The translations under genes were made by a program, and so were the position numbers. From an uncultured Anaerolineaceae bacterium (lineage in GTDB: Bacteria > Chloroflexota > Anaerolineae > Anaerolineales > UBA11579), in assembly GCA_964623375.1 (NCBI GenBank), contig CAZUTS010000007.1, positions 2,799 through 66,798 of the forward strand: a DNA stretch of 64,000 bases. Direction: 5' to 3'. Below the pieces are notes generated by a model that worked only from the letters and a program-made list of their open reading frames with translations, was not told the DNA's origin and searched no databases. Each line of letters starts with the position of its first letter. Position 1 is the stretch's first letter. Of this stretch, positions 56,143 to 64,000 are shown in pieces.

Positions 56143-56748
56143 ATGCCCACTGTTTTGTTGATTCGTCATGGGGAGAATGAGTACGTAGCCAAAGGCCGCC
56201 TGGCTGGACGCCTGCCGGGCGTGCATTTGAACGCACGCGGGTTGGCGCAGGCGGAGGCGCTGGCTGCCGGCCTGCAGCACGTCAAGCTCACTGCGATCTA
56301 CAGCAGCCCGCTGGAGCGCGCCATGGAGACGGCGCAGCCGCTGGCCGCCGTCAACAAGCTCTCCATCGTCAAGCGGAAGGGTTTGCTGGAGAGCGACCTG
56401 GGTCAATGGGAAGGCAAGCTGCTCAAGACGCTGCAGAAAGACAAGCGCTGGGCGGTGCTGCAGAATCGCCCGTCGGTCTTTCGCTTCCCGGGTGGCGAGG
56501 GGATGCTGGAACAGCAAGCCCGTTTGGTGACCGAGATCGAGGCTTTGCGTGCTATGCACAAGCCCAAGGATACGATTGCCTGTGTATTGCATGCTGATCC
56601 CATCAAGCTCATCATCGCTCACTATGCCGGCATGCCCCTGGACCAGTTCCAGCGTTTACAGATCAGCACCGCCTCTGTCAGCACGCTGCTGCTGCATGAT
56701 GGCCACAGCATGCTCGAGCGTTTGAATTGGACAGCACCCGAGAACTAA
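56143..56748 (+). CDS. Histidine phosphatase family protein (MSMEG_4193-type putative phosphomutase)
   Basis: 201 aa. LLIRHGENE catalytic RHG motif. Starts 1 nt after the rarA stop. Precedes the DUF3090 and SCO1664-like genes, as in actinobacteria. Confidence 0.8.
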   Translation: MPTVLLIRHGENEYVAKGRLAGRLPGVHLNARGLAQAEALAAGLQHVKLTAIYSSPLERAMETAQPLAAVNKLSIVKRKGLLESDLGQWEGKLLKTLQKDKRWAVLQNRPSVFRFPGGEGMLEQQARLVTEIEALRAMHKPKDTIACVLHADPIKLIIAHYAGMPLDQFQRLQISTASVSTLLLHDGHSMLERLNWTAPEN

Positions 56749-56777
56749 ACTTGAATTAAGGACTATACTGCGCCACC

Positions 56778-57305
56778 ATGCCTAAAACCATTGAACTCCG
56801 CCCGGTTGACCATATCACTACGGATGCGATTGGCCCTGCTGGCCAGCGCGTCTTCTATATTCAAGCCTGGAAAGAAGAGCGCATCGTCGCTGCCATCGTC
56901 GAGAAGGTACAGGTGCAGAGCCTGGCCGTGGCCATCGAGCAGTTCCTGGCTGAGCTAAATACAAAACACGCGGATCTGCCCAACGCCTCTGCTGAGTTTG
57001 ATGAGGACCTGATGCATATTCATCCGCCGGTGGATGCGCTGTTCCGCGCCGCTGAGATTGGCCTGGGCTATGACCCCGAGCAGGATCTGGTGGCCGTGGA
57101 GTTGCGCGAGGCGCCGGATTCGCCGGATGCCAACGAAGACGATCTCTACATTGCCCGCCTGTGGTGCACGCGCTCGCAAATTCGCAGCATGGCCAACTGG
57201 GGTATTGAGATTGCCTCGCGCGGTCGGCCCACCTGCCCGCAATGCGGCGAGCCGATGGACCCGGCGGGCCATTTCTGTGTAAAGAAGAACGGCCACAAGC
57301 ATTAG
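56778..57305 (+). CDS. DUF3090 family protein
   Basis: 175 aa. N-terminus IELRPVDHITTDAIGPAGQRVFYIQA and C-terminal CPQCGEPMDPAGHFCVKKNGH, a zinc-ribbon-like motif. Confidence 0.75.
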   Translation: MPKTIELRPVDHITTDAIGPAGQRVFYIQAWKEERIVAAIVEKVQVQSLAVAIEQFLAELNTKHADLPNASAEFDEDLMHIHPPVDALFRAAEIGLGYDPEQDLVAVELREAPDSPDANEDDLYIARLWCTRSQIRSMANWGIEIASRGRPTCPQCGEPMDPAGHFCVKKNGHKH

Positions 57306-57331
57306 GAGCTGGCCTGCACGTTTTATCGGTC

Positions 57332-58015
57332 TTGCAGACGGGGGAGTTGACGCTGGAGGGCCAGTTCACCTGGGGCTCAAACTACACCTTCCTGGTGCGC
57401 GTTGGCGCTGAACTCGAAGGCGTCTACAAGCCAGTCAAAGGTGAACAGCCCTTGTGGGACTTCCCGCCCGAGACCTTAGCGGGCCGCGAAGTGGCGGCCT
57501 ACCTGCTCAGCGAAGCGCTGGGCTGGACGCTGGTTCCGCCCACCGTGTTGCGCGCCGATGGGCCCTTTGGCCCTGGTTCTTTGCAACTGCGCGTCGCTCA
57601 CGATCCTGAGTGGCACTACTTCACGTTTGAGGATAGCGTGCGCCAGCAATTGCGCCCAGCGGCCGTGTTTGATTTGCTGGTCAACAATGCAGACCGCAAG
57701 GGTGGGCATATCCTGCTGGGGGAGGATGGGCATCTATGGCTCATCGATCACGGCATCTGCTTTCACGAAGAGACTAAGCTGCGCACAGTGATCTGGGATT
57801 TTGCTGGTGAGCCAATCCCTGCTGATTTATTGGAATCCGTGCGCCAGTTGCAGCCCAAGCTGGCTGCTGGCAACCCACTGGCCGAAGCATTGGCCGCCTA
57901 TCTGAGCCCGGCCGAGCTGGAGGCCTTGCGCCAGCGAGCTGCGGCGCTGCTGGCGGCACCCAGCTTCCCGCATCCGCCCGAGGATGAGCGCTATATGCCC
58001 TGGCCGCCTGTCTAG
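57332..58015 (+). CDS. SCO1664 family protein (PI3/PI4-kinase-like fold)
   Basis: GSNYTFLV...VYKPVKGEQPLWDFP...REVAAYLLSE..., catalytic-loop-like NNADRKGGHIL and LIDHGICF. Start uncertain: TTG 57332 or CTG 57314. The track start at 57242 overlaps the DUF3090 gene. Confidence 0.7.
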   Translation: MQTGELTLEGQFTWGSNYTFLVRVGAELEGVYKPVKGEQPLWDFPPETLAGREVAAYLLSEALGWTLVPPTVLRADGPFGPGSLQLRVAHDPEWHYFTFEDSVRQQLRPAAVFDLLVNNADRKGGHILLGEDGHLWLIDHGICFHEETKLRTVIWDFAGEPIPADLLESVRQLQPKLAAGNPLAEALAAYLSPAELEALRQRAAALLAAPSFPHPPEDERYMPWPPV

Positions 58016-58041
58016 CGCGATTGGGCTAGAATGCAATCTTC

Positions 58042-59061
58042 ATGAGCAAAGCAAAATCAACCTTCCGCTGGCAATTCTGGCTGGGCATCGGCATCAGTGT
58101 GTTGTTCCTGTACCTGGTGCTGCGCAACATGCATTTTGGCGATTTCTGGCAGCAGGTGCTTCAGGCGGAGTACATTTGGCTGCTGCCGGGCATTGGTGTG
58201 TATTTTCTGGCGGTGTGGGCGCGTGCCTGGCGGTGGCATTACTTGCTGCGCCCGCTGAAGGCTGTGCCCACGCGCACCATGTTCCCCATCGTCGCCATTG
58301 GCTACATGGGCAATAACGTCTACCCGGCGCGCGCCGGTGAAGTATTGCGCGCTGTCATCCTCAAGCGCAAAGAAGGCGTGGCGGTATCCGCCTCACTGGC
58401 CACCATTATCGTGGAGCGCATTTTTGACGGCGTGGTCATGCTGGCCTTTATCTTTGTCAATCTTGGAGAGTTGGCTGAGATCGGCGGTGGGCTGGTGGCG
58501 GGCCTCAGTATTCAGCAGATCGCCTTCTGGGGCAGCTTGGTCTTTCTGGGTGCGCTGCTCACTTTTCTGTTGGCGGCCATGTTCCCCAGCGCCAGCCAGC
58601 GTTTGCTGGCCTGGCTCACGGCGCGGCTGGTGCCAGAGCGCTTCCGTGATCGCGTGCTGGAGGTGGGCAACCGCTTCCTCGGCGGGCTGGAGGCGCTGCG
58701 TTCCCCGGTTGAAGTCATTATGGTCTTCATCAGCTCGCTGGTGATCTGGTTACTGGAGACCGGCAAATATTGGTTCGTCATGCACGCCTTCAATTTTGAG
58801 GTGAGCTTCTTTGCGCTGATGCTGATGAACGGCGTGGTCAATCTGGCCACCACCATTCCTTCGGCGCCAGGGTATATCGGCACCTTTGACGCCCCCGGTA
58901 TCGCCATTCTTGAAGCGTATGGTGTGCCCAAGGAAGTGGCCACCAGCTATACGTTTGTGCTGCATATTGCGTTGTGGCTGCCGATCACTTTGCTGGGCGC
59001 ATATTATCTGGCGAAAGAGGGCATCAAGTGGGGTGAAGTGCCTGCTACGGAGGGTGCATGA
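58042..59061 (+). CDS. Flippase-like (LPG-synthase-TM / UPF0104) membrane protein
   Basis: 339 aa, about 8 TM. N-terminus WQFWLGIGISVLFLYLVLRN and NNVYPARAGEVLRA, typical of this family. Confidence 0.75.
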   Translation: MSKAKSTFRWQFWLGIGISVLFLYLVLRNMHFGDFWQQVLQAEYIWLLPGIGVYFLAVWARAWRWHYLLRPLKAVPTRTMFPIVAIGYMGNNVYPARAGEVLRAVILKRKEGVAVSASLATIIVERIFDGVVMLAFIFVNLGELAEIGGGLVAGLSIQQIAFWGSLVFLGALLTFLLAAMFPSASQRLLAWLTARLVPERFRDRVLEVGNRFLGGLEALRSPVEVIMVFISSLVIWLLETGKYWFVMHAFNFEVSFFALMLMNGVVNLATTIPSAPGYIGTFDAPGIAILEAYGVPKEVATSYTFVLHIALWLPITLLGAYYLAKEGIKWGEVPATEGA

Positions 59062-60347
59062 AGATCGCTATCGTCGGTGCGGGTTATGGCGGCATGGCCG
59101 CCGCCTATGACTTGGCCAAAGCTGGCCACCAGGTGACTATTTTTGAGGCGGCCGATCATGTCGGCGGTCTGGCTTCCGGCTTCAAGGAGCCGCACTGGGA
59201 GTGGAGCCTGGAGAAGTTCTACCATCACTGGTTTGCCAGCGATGCGCATATGCTCGGCTTGATCAATGAGCTCGGCCTCAGCGAGAATGTCATCTTCCCG
59301 CGTCCGTATACGGTGATGTATTACAACGGCAAGTTCTATCCATTTGATTCGATCCCGGCTGCCTTGCTGTACCCCGGCTTGGGCTGGGGCTTAGATAAGA
59401 TTCGTTTTGGCCTGGTGGGCTTGTACCTGCGTATCACCAATAACTGGAAGCCGCTCGAACGCAGCACCGTGGACGCGTGGATGCGTAGGTGGGCTGGCAA
59501 GCGAGTGTATGAGAGCATGTGGCTGCCACTCATCGAAGGCAAGTTTGGCCCGTTTGCCAAGCAGGTCAATATGGCCTGGCTGTGGGCGCGTCTACATGCG
59601 CGCACGACGCGCTTGGGTACGTACAAAGGTGGCTTCCAGGCCTTTGCTGACCAGTTTGCTGAGAAGCTAAAAGCTATCGGCGTGGGCTTTGAAATGCGTG
59701 CCACGGTGGAAAGCGTCAAGCAGGTTGGCCTCCAGTTGGAGTTGAGTGTGAATGGCAAACTTCAGCTGTTTGACCAGGTGCTCGTTACCATATCGCCGCA
59801 GCTGCTTGCTAAACTGGCGCCGGAGCTCAGCCAGGAGTATTTACGCGGCCTGCTGGATCTCAAGAGCATGGGCGCGGTGGTGATGACGCTCAGCATTGAT
59901 CGCCAGCTCTCGGAGAAGGGCTACTACTGGTACAACATCCCCAAGAGCGCGGGTTTTCCCTTCCTGGCACTGGTGGAGCACACCAACTACGTCTCCTCTG
60001 AGCATTTTGGCGGCGACCATATTCTGTATTGTGGTGATTATTTGGAATTGGGCCACGAGTACTTCACGCTCAGTGATGAGCAATTGCTCGAGCGCTTCCT
60101 GCCGGGTATCCAACGTGTGAATCCGGCCTTTGACCGTAGCTGGGTCAAGAAGGTATGGGTGCACAAGACCAACTATGCCCAGCCTGTACCACTGGTGAAC
60201 CACTCTCGTAATATTCCTGAGATTGCCACCCCCATGCCCGGTCTGTACTTTGCCAGTATGAGCCAGGTCTACCCCTGGGACCGCGGCACCAACTTTGCTG
60301 TTGAGATTGGTCGCAAGGCGGCCAATCTCATGCAGCAGGCTGGATAG
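59058..60347 (+). CDS. FAD/NAD(P)-binding oxidoreductase (amine-oxidase / phytoene-desaturase-like)
   Basis: 429 aa. MKIAIVGAGYGGMAAAYDLAKAGHQVTIFEA dinucleotide-binding motif. 4-nt overlap with the upstream gene. Confidence 0.8.
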   Translation: MKIAIVGAGYGGMAAAYDLAKAGHQVTIFEAADHVGGLASGFKEPHWEWSLEKFYHHWFASDAHMLGLINELGLSENVIFPRPYTVMYYNGKFYPFDSIPAALLYPGLGWGLDKIRFGLVGLYLRITNNWKPLERSTVDAWMRRWAGKRVYESMWLPLIEGKFGPFAKQVNMAWLWARLHARTTRLGTYKGGFQAFADQFAEKLKAIGVGFEMRATVESVKQVGLQLELSVNGKLQLFDQVLVTISPQLLAKLAPELSQEYLRGLLDLKSMGAVVMTLSIDRQLSEKGYYWYNIPKSAGFPFLALVEHTNYVSSEHFGGDHILYCGDYLELGHEYFTLSDEQLLERFLPGIQRVNPAFDRSWVKKVWVHKTNYAQPVPLVNHSRNIPEIATPMPGLYFASMSQVYPWDRGTNFAVEIGRKAANLMQQAG

Positions 60348-60352
60348 CCAAG

Positions 60353-60387
60353 CAAAAAAGCCCGGTGCATGCACCGGGCTTTTTTCT
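60353..60387. terminator. Bidirectional intrinsic terminator
   Basis: A6 run, GCCCGGTGC-at-GCACCGGGC, T6 run. Confidence 0.75.
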
Positions 60388-60400
60388 TGTCAAACTCCAG

Positions 60401-62272
60401 TTACGGCTGGCACAAGCTGCCATAGCCGTAGTTCTCAAGGTTCTGCAACAAGCGTTCGCCAGCATTCACGTTCTCGAGACCGCAAAAATCAGCGCGGGCG
60501 GCCACTGCGCTATTGGGTGACACCAAAGGCAGCACCGGCAGCTCCTGCACAAAAATGGCGTGTGCTCGTTGTTGGGCTTCGCCATAGGCCGGATCACTCA
60601 CCAGCGTGTTGAGCGCGCCGTGGCAGGCGGCATCGTACTCGGCGTTTTGCCAGCCGCTCACATTCCAACCGCCCCAGCCATAGCGGCTGGTGCTCCAGTT
60701 CCCCCCCGGCACCGTTTCGCCCAAGAACAGGTAACAGGCGGGCATGTCATCATAGGGCCAGGCAAAGAGCGCTAGGTCAAAATTGCGGCCAAAGATCTTG
60801 CTCTCCGGCCCTGTGGCAAAGAAGGTTTCGTTGGGCAGAATCTCGATAGTGACGGAGATGCCACAGTCGGCCAGATTGTTCGCCACCTGCTCGGCCACCG
60901 CTTGCTCTTGTGCATTTTCGCTCACGGCCAGGGACACTTCAAATGCCTGGCCGAAGATGGCCTGCGGGAAGCTCTGGCTGCGGCGCACACCATCTTCTGC
61001 GGTGATCCAGCCTTGTGCATCCAGAGCCGCGTTGGCCGCGGTAAGGTCGTAGCCGGGCAGGCTGCTGGAGTTGGCATACGGGCTGTTGTTGGGCATATAG
61101 CCAATGGCTCGTACTGCGTTCAGCGCGTTGGCGATGCTTTGGCGGTCAATGCACTGAGCCAGCGCAGTGCGCATGGCTGCGCTGCCAAAGTAATCCGTGC
61201 GGTCTGCGTAGACGTTGTAGCCATCGTCGTACGCCTGCGGGCGCACGCCAAAGACCAGCTGCAACCAATAGTCTTGAGCGGTCTGCGCTCCTTGCATGCT
61301 GGCCGTGTCGATCTCGGTCAGCCCGGCGGAGGGCAGCACCAGATCGCAGCGCCCACTAGCCAGCGCCTGCTGGCTGGCGGCCGCGTCTTCGCCGATAAAG
61401 AGGAGGTTGACCTCGGCAAAGGTGGCGGGCTGGCCGGCGTAGTTGCTGTTGCGCGTCAACTGGATGCGCTCGCCAGCACTCCACTGTGTGATGGTATAGG
61501 CTCCCCAGGAAAGCGGCGTGCGCGCGGCGTGCTCGCTGGTGAGCAGGTCCGCCGCAGACAGGCTGCCAAGCTGGTGCTGGGGCAGCGGGGCCCAAAAGCG
61601 GCTGGCTGCCAATGGGTCCACATAGCCGGGCAGGCCAACCCAGGTAATGGTGCGCTCATCTGCGGCGGTGTAGCTGGCCGTTTTAGTGATCACGTCTTTG
61701 TTGCTGGGCGTGGCGGGGTCAGAAGCCACGTTAAAAGAGAACACGCTGTCATTGGCGCTCAGCGCCGTGCCATCTGCCCAGCGCAGGCCCGGCTTGAGCA
61801 CAAAGGTGGTGCTGGCCTGATCGACCTGCACTTCGCCCTCGGTGAAAGGCACGGCACAGTTGCCATCTTTGCAGCCCGCTGGGCGTACTAATACTCCCGG
61901 CGCCAATGTAACCACATGGCCATAGGCATCCACGATGAGGTCGCCTTGTCTTACGGTGACCGCTTGGATGCTGGTAGTAGGCTGGGTTTCAAATGCTACT
62001 CCCTGGGCCTCAAAATTATGCCAATCGAACGGGCCATCGCTGAGCGCTTGGCGCACAGCTTGCGCTTCGCTGGAATTGTCTGCGTATAGGTACAGAGAGC
62101 TTGGCTCGCTGCCCATACAGATGTTGAGCGCTTGTGGGCCTTCTGGCGTGGCGGTTGTCTCTGGCATTGTGATGCTGTCTGGTGATGCCAGGCCACAGGC
62201 GGTGATGACGAATGCAAAGAAAACGAATGCAAGGTGGGGGCGCAGGGTGCGGGACATTCGGAGATTATACAA
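60401..62272 (-). CDS. ABC transporter substrate-binding lipoprotein, family 5 (peptide/nickel type), orphan
   Basis: 623 aa. Lipobox VITAC. Family-5 SBP layout. No adjacent permease or ATPase genes. Confidence 0.85.
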   Translation of the reverse strand: MYNLRMSRTLRPHLAFVFFAFVITACGLASPDSITMPETTATPEGPQALNICMGSEPSSLYLYADNSSEAQAVRQALSDGPFDWHNFEAQGVAFETQPTTSIQAVTVRQGDLIVDAYGHVVTLAPGVLVRPAGCKDGNCAVPFTEGEVQVDQASTTFVLKPGLRWADGTALSANDSVFSFNVASDPATPSNKDVITKTASYTAADERTITWVGLPGYVDPLAASRFWAPLPQHQLGSLSAADLLTSEHAARTPLSWGAYTITQWSAGERIQLTRNSNYAGQPATFAEVNLLFIGEDAAASQQALASGRCDLVLPSAGLTEIDTASMQGAQTAQDYWLQLVFGVRPQAYDDGYNVYADRTDYFGSAAMRTALAQCIDRQSIANALNAVRAIGYMPNNSPYANSSSLPGYDLTAANAALDAQGWITAEDGVRRSQSFPQAIFGQAFEVSLAVSENAQEQAVAEQVANNLADCGISVTIEILPNETFFATGPESKIFGRNFDLALFAWPYDDMPACYLFLGETVPGGNWSTSRYGWGGWNVSGWQNAEYDAACHGALNTLVSDPAYGEAQQRAHAIFVQELPVLPLVSPNSAVAARADFCGLENVNAGERLLQNLENYGYGSLCQP

Positions 62273-62312
62273 GCGCCAATTTGAGTTGTGGCGCGCATGC
62301 TACAATCCCGCC

Positions 62313-62876
62313 GTGAAACTTAAATTGCCTGTGTACATTTGCATTGATGTGGAGACGGCAGGGCCAAACCCTGCAGACTACGCCTTGCTCTCCATCGGTG
62401 CGGCGTTAGTGTCTGACCCGCAAACATCCTTCTATGCTGAACTAAAGCCCGATAAACCTGGCCAAACGGAAGAAGCGGCGCGCATTCACAATCTCAATCC
62501 AGATGAGCTAGCGCGCACCGGTTTGGACCCCAAAGAAGCGCTGGCACGTTTTGCCGCTTGGGTGGCCGCGTATGCCGGTGAGACTGAGCCGGTGTTCGTG
62601 GCCTTCAATGCGCCGTTTGACTGGATGTTCATCAACGACTATATGCACCATTATTTGGGGCATAACCTTTTTGGGCACCGAGCGTTGGATATCAAAGCGG
62701 TTTTCTTTGGGTTGCATGGCGTGGAGTGGCGCAACACCTCCTTCCCACAAGTTAGCGCACATTACGGCAACACCACAATTCTTGACCACAATGCGGAACA
62801 AGACGCCCGCCAGGGTGCAATCTTGTTCTCAAAACTCTTGCGAGAGATGGAGGAGACACATGGCAACTCACTCTGA
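62313..62876 (+). CDS. DEDDh 3'-5' exonuclease (DnaQ/RNase T-like)
   Basis: GTG 62313. ExoI ICIDVETAG, ExoII AFNAPFDWMF, ExoIII HNAEQDA. The track ORF start at 61935 is antisense to the SBP gene. Confidence 0.75.
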   Translation: MKLKLPVYICIDVETAGPNPADYALLSIGAALVSDPQTSFYAELKPDKPGQTEEAARIHNLNPDELARTGLDPKEALARFAAWVAAYAGETEPVFVAFNAPFDWMFINDYMHHYLGHNLFGHRALDIKAVFFGLHGVEWRNTSFPQVSAHYGNTTILDHNAEQDARQGAILFSKLLREMEETHGNSL

Positions 62877-64000
62877 AGATGAACTGAAGCGCATCATTGA
62901 ATCGGCACAGCGTCTAGGTGTGCAGGTCAATGAGGCGGAGGCGCAAAAATGGCTGGATGCAGCGACTACAGACAGCGGTCAAGACGATGTGGTGGTGGAT
63001 GTGCGCGCCGGCGTGTTTGGCCACCGCCTCAGCATGCTGGACTTTAGCGCAGATGATCTGGAGCATTTTCGCAAGATCGGCCGTTTGGTGGAATTTTTGG
63101 ATGTGCCGGGCAGAGTGGAAACGGCGCTGGCCCTCTCTGGCTCGGCTGCACAATCGAAGATTCAAACGTATCCCGGTGACGCTGATTATTTTGAGCGCGT
63201 GAACATCCTCGCAGATACGCGTGCCGAGGCGTGCGCCATGCTAGCTGCGCTGATTCGTGACAAGGCGCTCTCAACCCTGCGCGGGCCTACGTTCCAATTG
63301 ATGGAAGTCAAGTTTGGCAGCTACCCGCAGGCGGTGCTGCGTGAGCAGCGCGAGCTCAGCCAGGGTTCGCCGATCTCATGGAGCCCTACGGACGTGCAAG
63401 CAGGCAAGCTCGAGCTGCAGGATGCAGCTGGCCAACCGCTCACGCTGCTGTGGGAGCAGGTGGCCGAGGAGCCGGGGTGGTGCAAGCTGGACTGGGTAGT
63501 GGTGGACCCGGTGCGCAAACAGCTGGTGAACGCCAGCAACATGCTGGATGTTACCTGGCAGGCGCCAGATGGCAGCATTGCTCCGTTGGATGGTTACCTG
63601 GACCCGTACTTCCAGGAGGTCTATCTGGATGCGGAATCCGTTCCGCTGTTTACCAAGCTGGCAAAGCATGTGGACGCCAATGCGCTGGATGACTATGTCT
63701 ATGAGCTGGAGAAGCAGGTCAAGAAATATGTGACCAGCGAGCCGAACTTTGGCAAGGCAGCCAAGCGCATGTACAACATTTTCCGCCTGACCGGCCGCTA
63801 CGGCGACGCCGCGTTTCTGCGTGAACTCTTTGATGAGCCAGCCACGGTGCTCTATCAGGTCTGGTCACTGATCCGAACCATCGATGATTGCTTTATCCCT
63901 GATTCCTCAGTAGAGCTTGAACATCTGCTGGCGCAGACTGACCAGCTTGTTTTGGCGGTGGTGAAAGTGCTGGAAGGTACAGAAGAAGAGGAAATCGTGC
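62860..64000 (+). CDS. Unrecognised protein with Pol-beta-type nucleotidyltransferase motif (partial, continues beyond window end)
   Basis: Own codon-by-codon translation: ATG 62860 (GGAGGAG 5 nt upstream, 17-nt overlap with the exonuclease gene), open for 380 codons to the window end. Contains LALSGSAAQSKIQTYPGDADYFERV (63139-63186) and later KLDWVVVD. Absent from the ORF track because it has no stop in the window. Confidence 0.6.
   Translation, partial: MATHSEDELKRIIESAQRLGVQVNEAEAQKWLDAATTDSGQDDVVVDVRAGVFGHRLSMLDFSADDLEHFRKIGRLVEFLDVPGRVETALALSGSAAQSKIQTYPGDADYFERVNILADTRAEACAMLAALIRDKALSTLRGPTFQLMEVKFGSYPQAVLREQRELSQGSPISWSPTDVQAGKLELQDAAGQPLTLLWEQVAEEPGWCKLDWVVVDPVRKQLVNASNMLDVTWQAPDGSIAPLDGYLDPYFQEVYLDAESVPLFTKLAKHVDANALDDYVYELEKQVKKYVTSEPNFGKAAKRMYNIFRLTGRYGDAAFLRELFDEPATVLYQVWSLIRTIDDCFIPDSSVELEHLLAQTDQLVLAVVKVLEGTEEEEIV

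Overview
This is a GC-rich, densely coding bacterial chromosomal segment with about 60 genes, and most of it is core housekeeping. I saw no rRNA, tRNA, CRISPR array, transposase, integrase or prophage remnant.

Gene order:
- rnz (partial), ftsK, a GNAT gene, cbpA-htrA, and a sensor kinase with a degenerate receiver domain
- DNPH1-like gene, galE, pcrA
- an EF-Tu-domain-2-like protein fused to a histone-H1-like Lys/Ala tail, then holB
- a GAF-GAF-PAS kinase, an MBL-like gene, asparaginase II, nth
- a TPP-riboswitch-controlled thiamine operon (thiN-thiBPQ-DUF402)
- an Arg/Ser/Gly-rich tail-anchored protein plus DUF4126, then surE
- an orphan 497-aa protein, an inverted-repeat locus, acnA
- an envelope cluster: SdrD-B/DUF3048 lipoprotein, MFS, sortase, GT4, heparinase II/III-like, VWA-like/FHA membrane protein
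- cca and a GNAT gene
- nusA-ylxR-infB-rbfA-nrnA-truB-ribF-thyA-folA
- a two-gene ABC exporter and T-box-controlled trpS
- rarA followed by the actinobacterial-type cassette (histidine phosphatase / DUF3090 / SCO1664-like kinase-fold), a flippase-like protein and an FAD oxidoreductase
- an orphan family-5 substrate-binding protein
- a DEDDh exonuclease translationally coupled to an unrecognised ORF with a Pol-beta nucleotidyltransferase motif, which runs off the window end

The gene content and the RNA elements suggest Chloroflexota or a related high-GC monoderm-like lineage. That is inference only.

I found no clear-cut novel system. These are the candidates I rate highest:
- An identical 14-mer LexA-box-like element fused to the -10 box of both pcrA and rarA.
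- The exonuclease plus NTase-motif pair at the window end.
- The uncharacterised three-gene cassette apparently co-transcribed with rarA.
- The RS-rich tail-anchored protein paired with DUF4126.
- The orphan 497-aa protein and the adjacent terminator-bounded inverted-repeat locus.

All family assignments come from motif recognition by eye. No database search was run.
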